Shown in pieces: positions 63,574-64,000 of a stretch of 64,000 nt of DNA. The stretch comes from Verrucomicrobiales bacterium (GTDB lineage: Bacteria; Verrucomicrobiota; Verrucomicrobiia; Limisphaerales; JAYPXF01). The DNA lies in the NCBI GenBank assembly GCA_002715965.1, contig PBAL01000085.1:905-64904 (forward strand), in the 5' to 3' direction. Each line of letters opens with the position of its first letter. The stretch's first letter is position 1. The notes beneath the pieces were generated by a model. It did not search any database. It was not told the DNA's origin and worked only from the letters and a program-made list of their open reading frames with translations. A program made the position numbers and the translations under genes.

Positions 63574-64000
63574 TCAGCGCTTCTTCCTGGGTTTCGGCTT
63601 GAGCGCTGCGGCCGGTGTGGGTTTGCGGTTCTGGGCAAGGATTGCTGCGCCGGTGGCATCACTGACGCGGAGTTGGAACTGCCATTCTTTGGTCCAGGGC
63701 TTCTCCTGCTCGTCCTGGCAGAGTTTCACGAGGATCGTGTTCTTGCCCTTCTGAAGCTGAATCGGCAGCCGGTACTGATCAATCCGCATGCCACGGTGAT
63801 ATTCGTCGCGACCGAAGATGAACTTACCGTTCACCCAGATCTTCCAGGCGTTCTTCGACCCCAAACGAAGTTCAGCCTTACGCGCCTCTTTGGCTTCGTA
63901 CTCGGTGAATGCGTAGGCTGTCACGCCTTTCTCCATTCCGTAGACGGTGTTGATATCCACCATCCCGTATTGGTCTTCGGAGGTGAATGCCTCCCACTTC
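63574..64000 (-). CDS. C-terminal part of a larger exported protein (jelly-roll/galactose-binding-like domain, Lys/Pro-rich tail); 5' end outside the window
   Basis: The frame is open through the window end beyond the ORF-track ATG at 63963 (...KWEAFTSEDQYGMVDIN...). The pattern AELRLGSKNAWKIWVNGKFIF is typical of such beta-sandwich domains. Confidence 0.5.
   Translation of the reverse strand, partial: KWEAFTSEDQYGMVDINTVYGMEKGVTAYAFTEYEAKEARKAELRLGSKNAWKIWVNGKFIFGRDEYHRGMRIDQYRLPIQLQKGKNTILVKLCQDEQEKPWTKEWQFQLRVSDATGAAILAQNRKPTPAAALKPKPRKKR

Overview
Chromosomal window from a moderately GC-rich bacterium of the PVC superphylum. The gene content points to Verrucomicrobiota or Planctomycetota: three DUF1549/DUF1553 (PSD) proteins, two of them with a planctomycete-type cytochrome c head; two DUF1501 proteins; two formylglycine-type sulfatases; a PVC-type CxxCH dehydrogenase/HEAT protein; ThuA; and LamG/beta-propeller exoproteins. 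I can support about 45 protein-coding genes (two cut by the window edges), one gene interrupted by in-frame stops, one tRNA (anticodon CAT), two intrinsic terminators and several families of short palindromic intergenic repeats. I saw no rRNA, CRISPR array, transposase, integrase or phage genes, and no convincing multi-gene defence-like or otherwise clearly novel system. The observations most worth a second look are: (1) a carB gene that encodes only the C-terminal half of carbamoyl-phosphate synthase; (2) a DUF2062-like gene with two in-frame TAG codons 21 nt apart; (3) a phosphorelay-to-cAMP pair that has H-box and receiver domains but no kinase ATPase domain; (4) a D-aminoacylase fused to a beta-lactamase-fold serine hydrolase; (5) a PAP2-GT39 fusion translationally coupled to ogg and comB; (6) a structured leader, or an N-terminal extension, in front of a His-rich CDF metal exporter; (7) nested-palindrome and TIR-type miniature repeats that also create false N-terminal extensions in the ORF track. 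All protein family calls come from motifs recognised by eye, with no database search, so they are hypotheses with the stated confidence.
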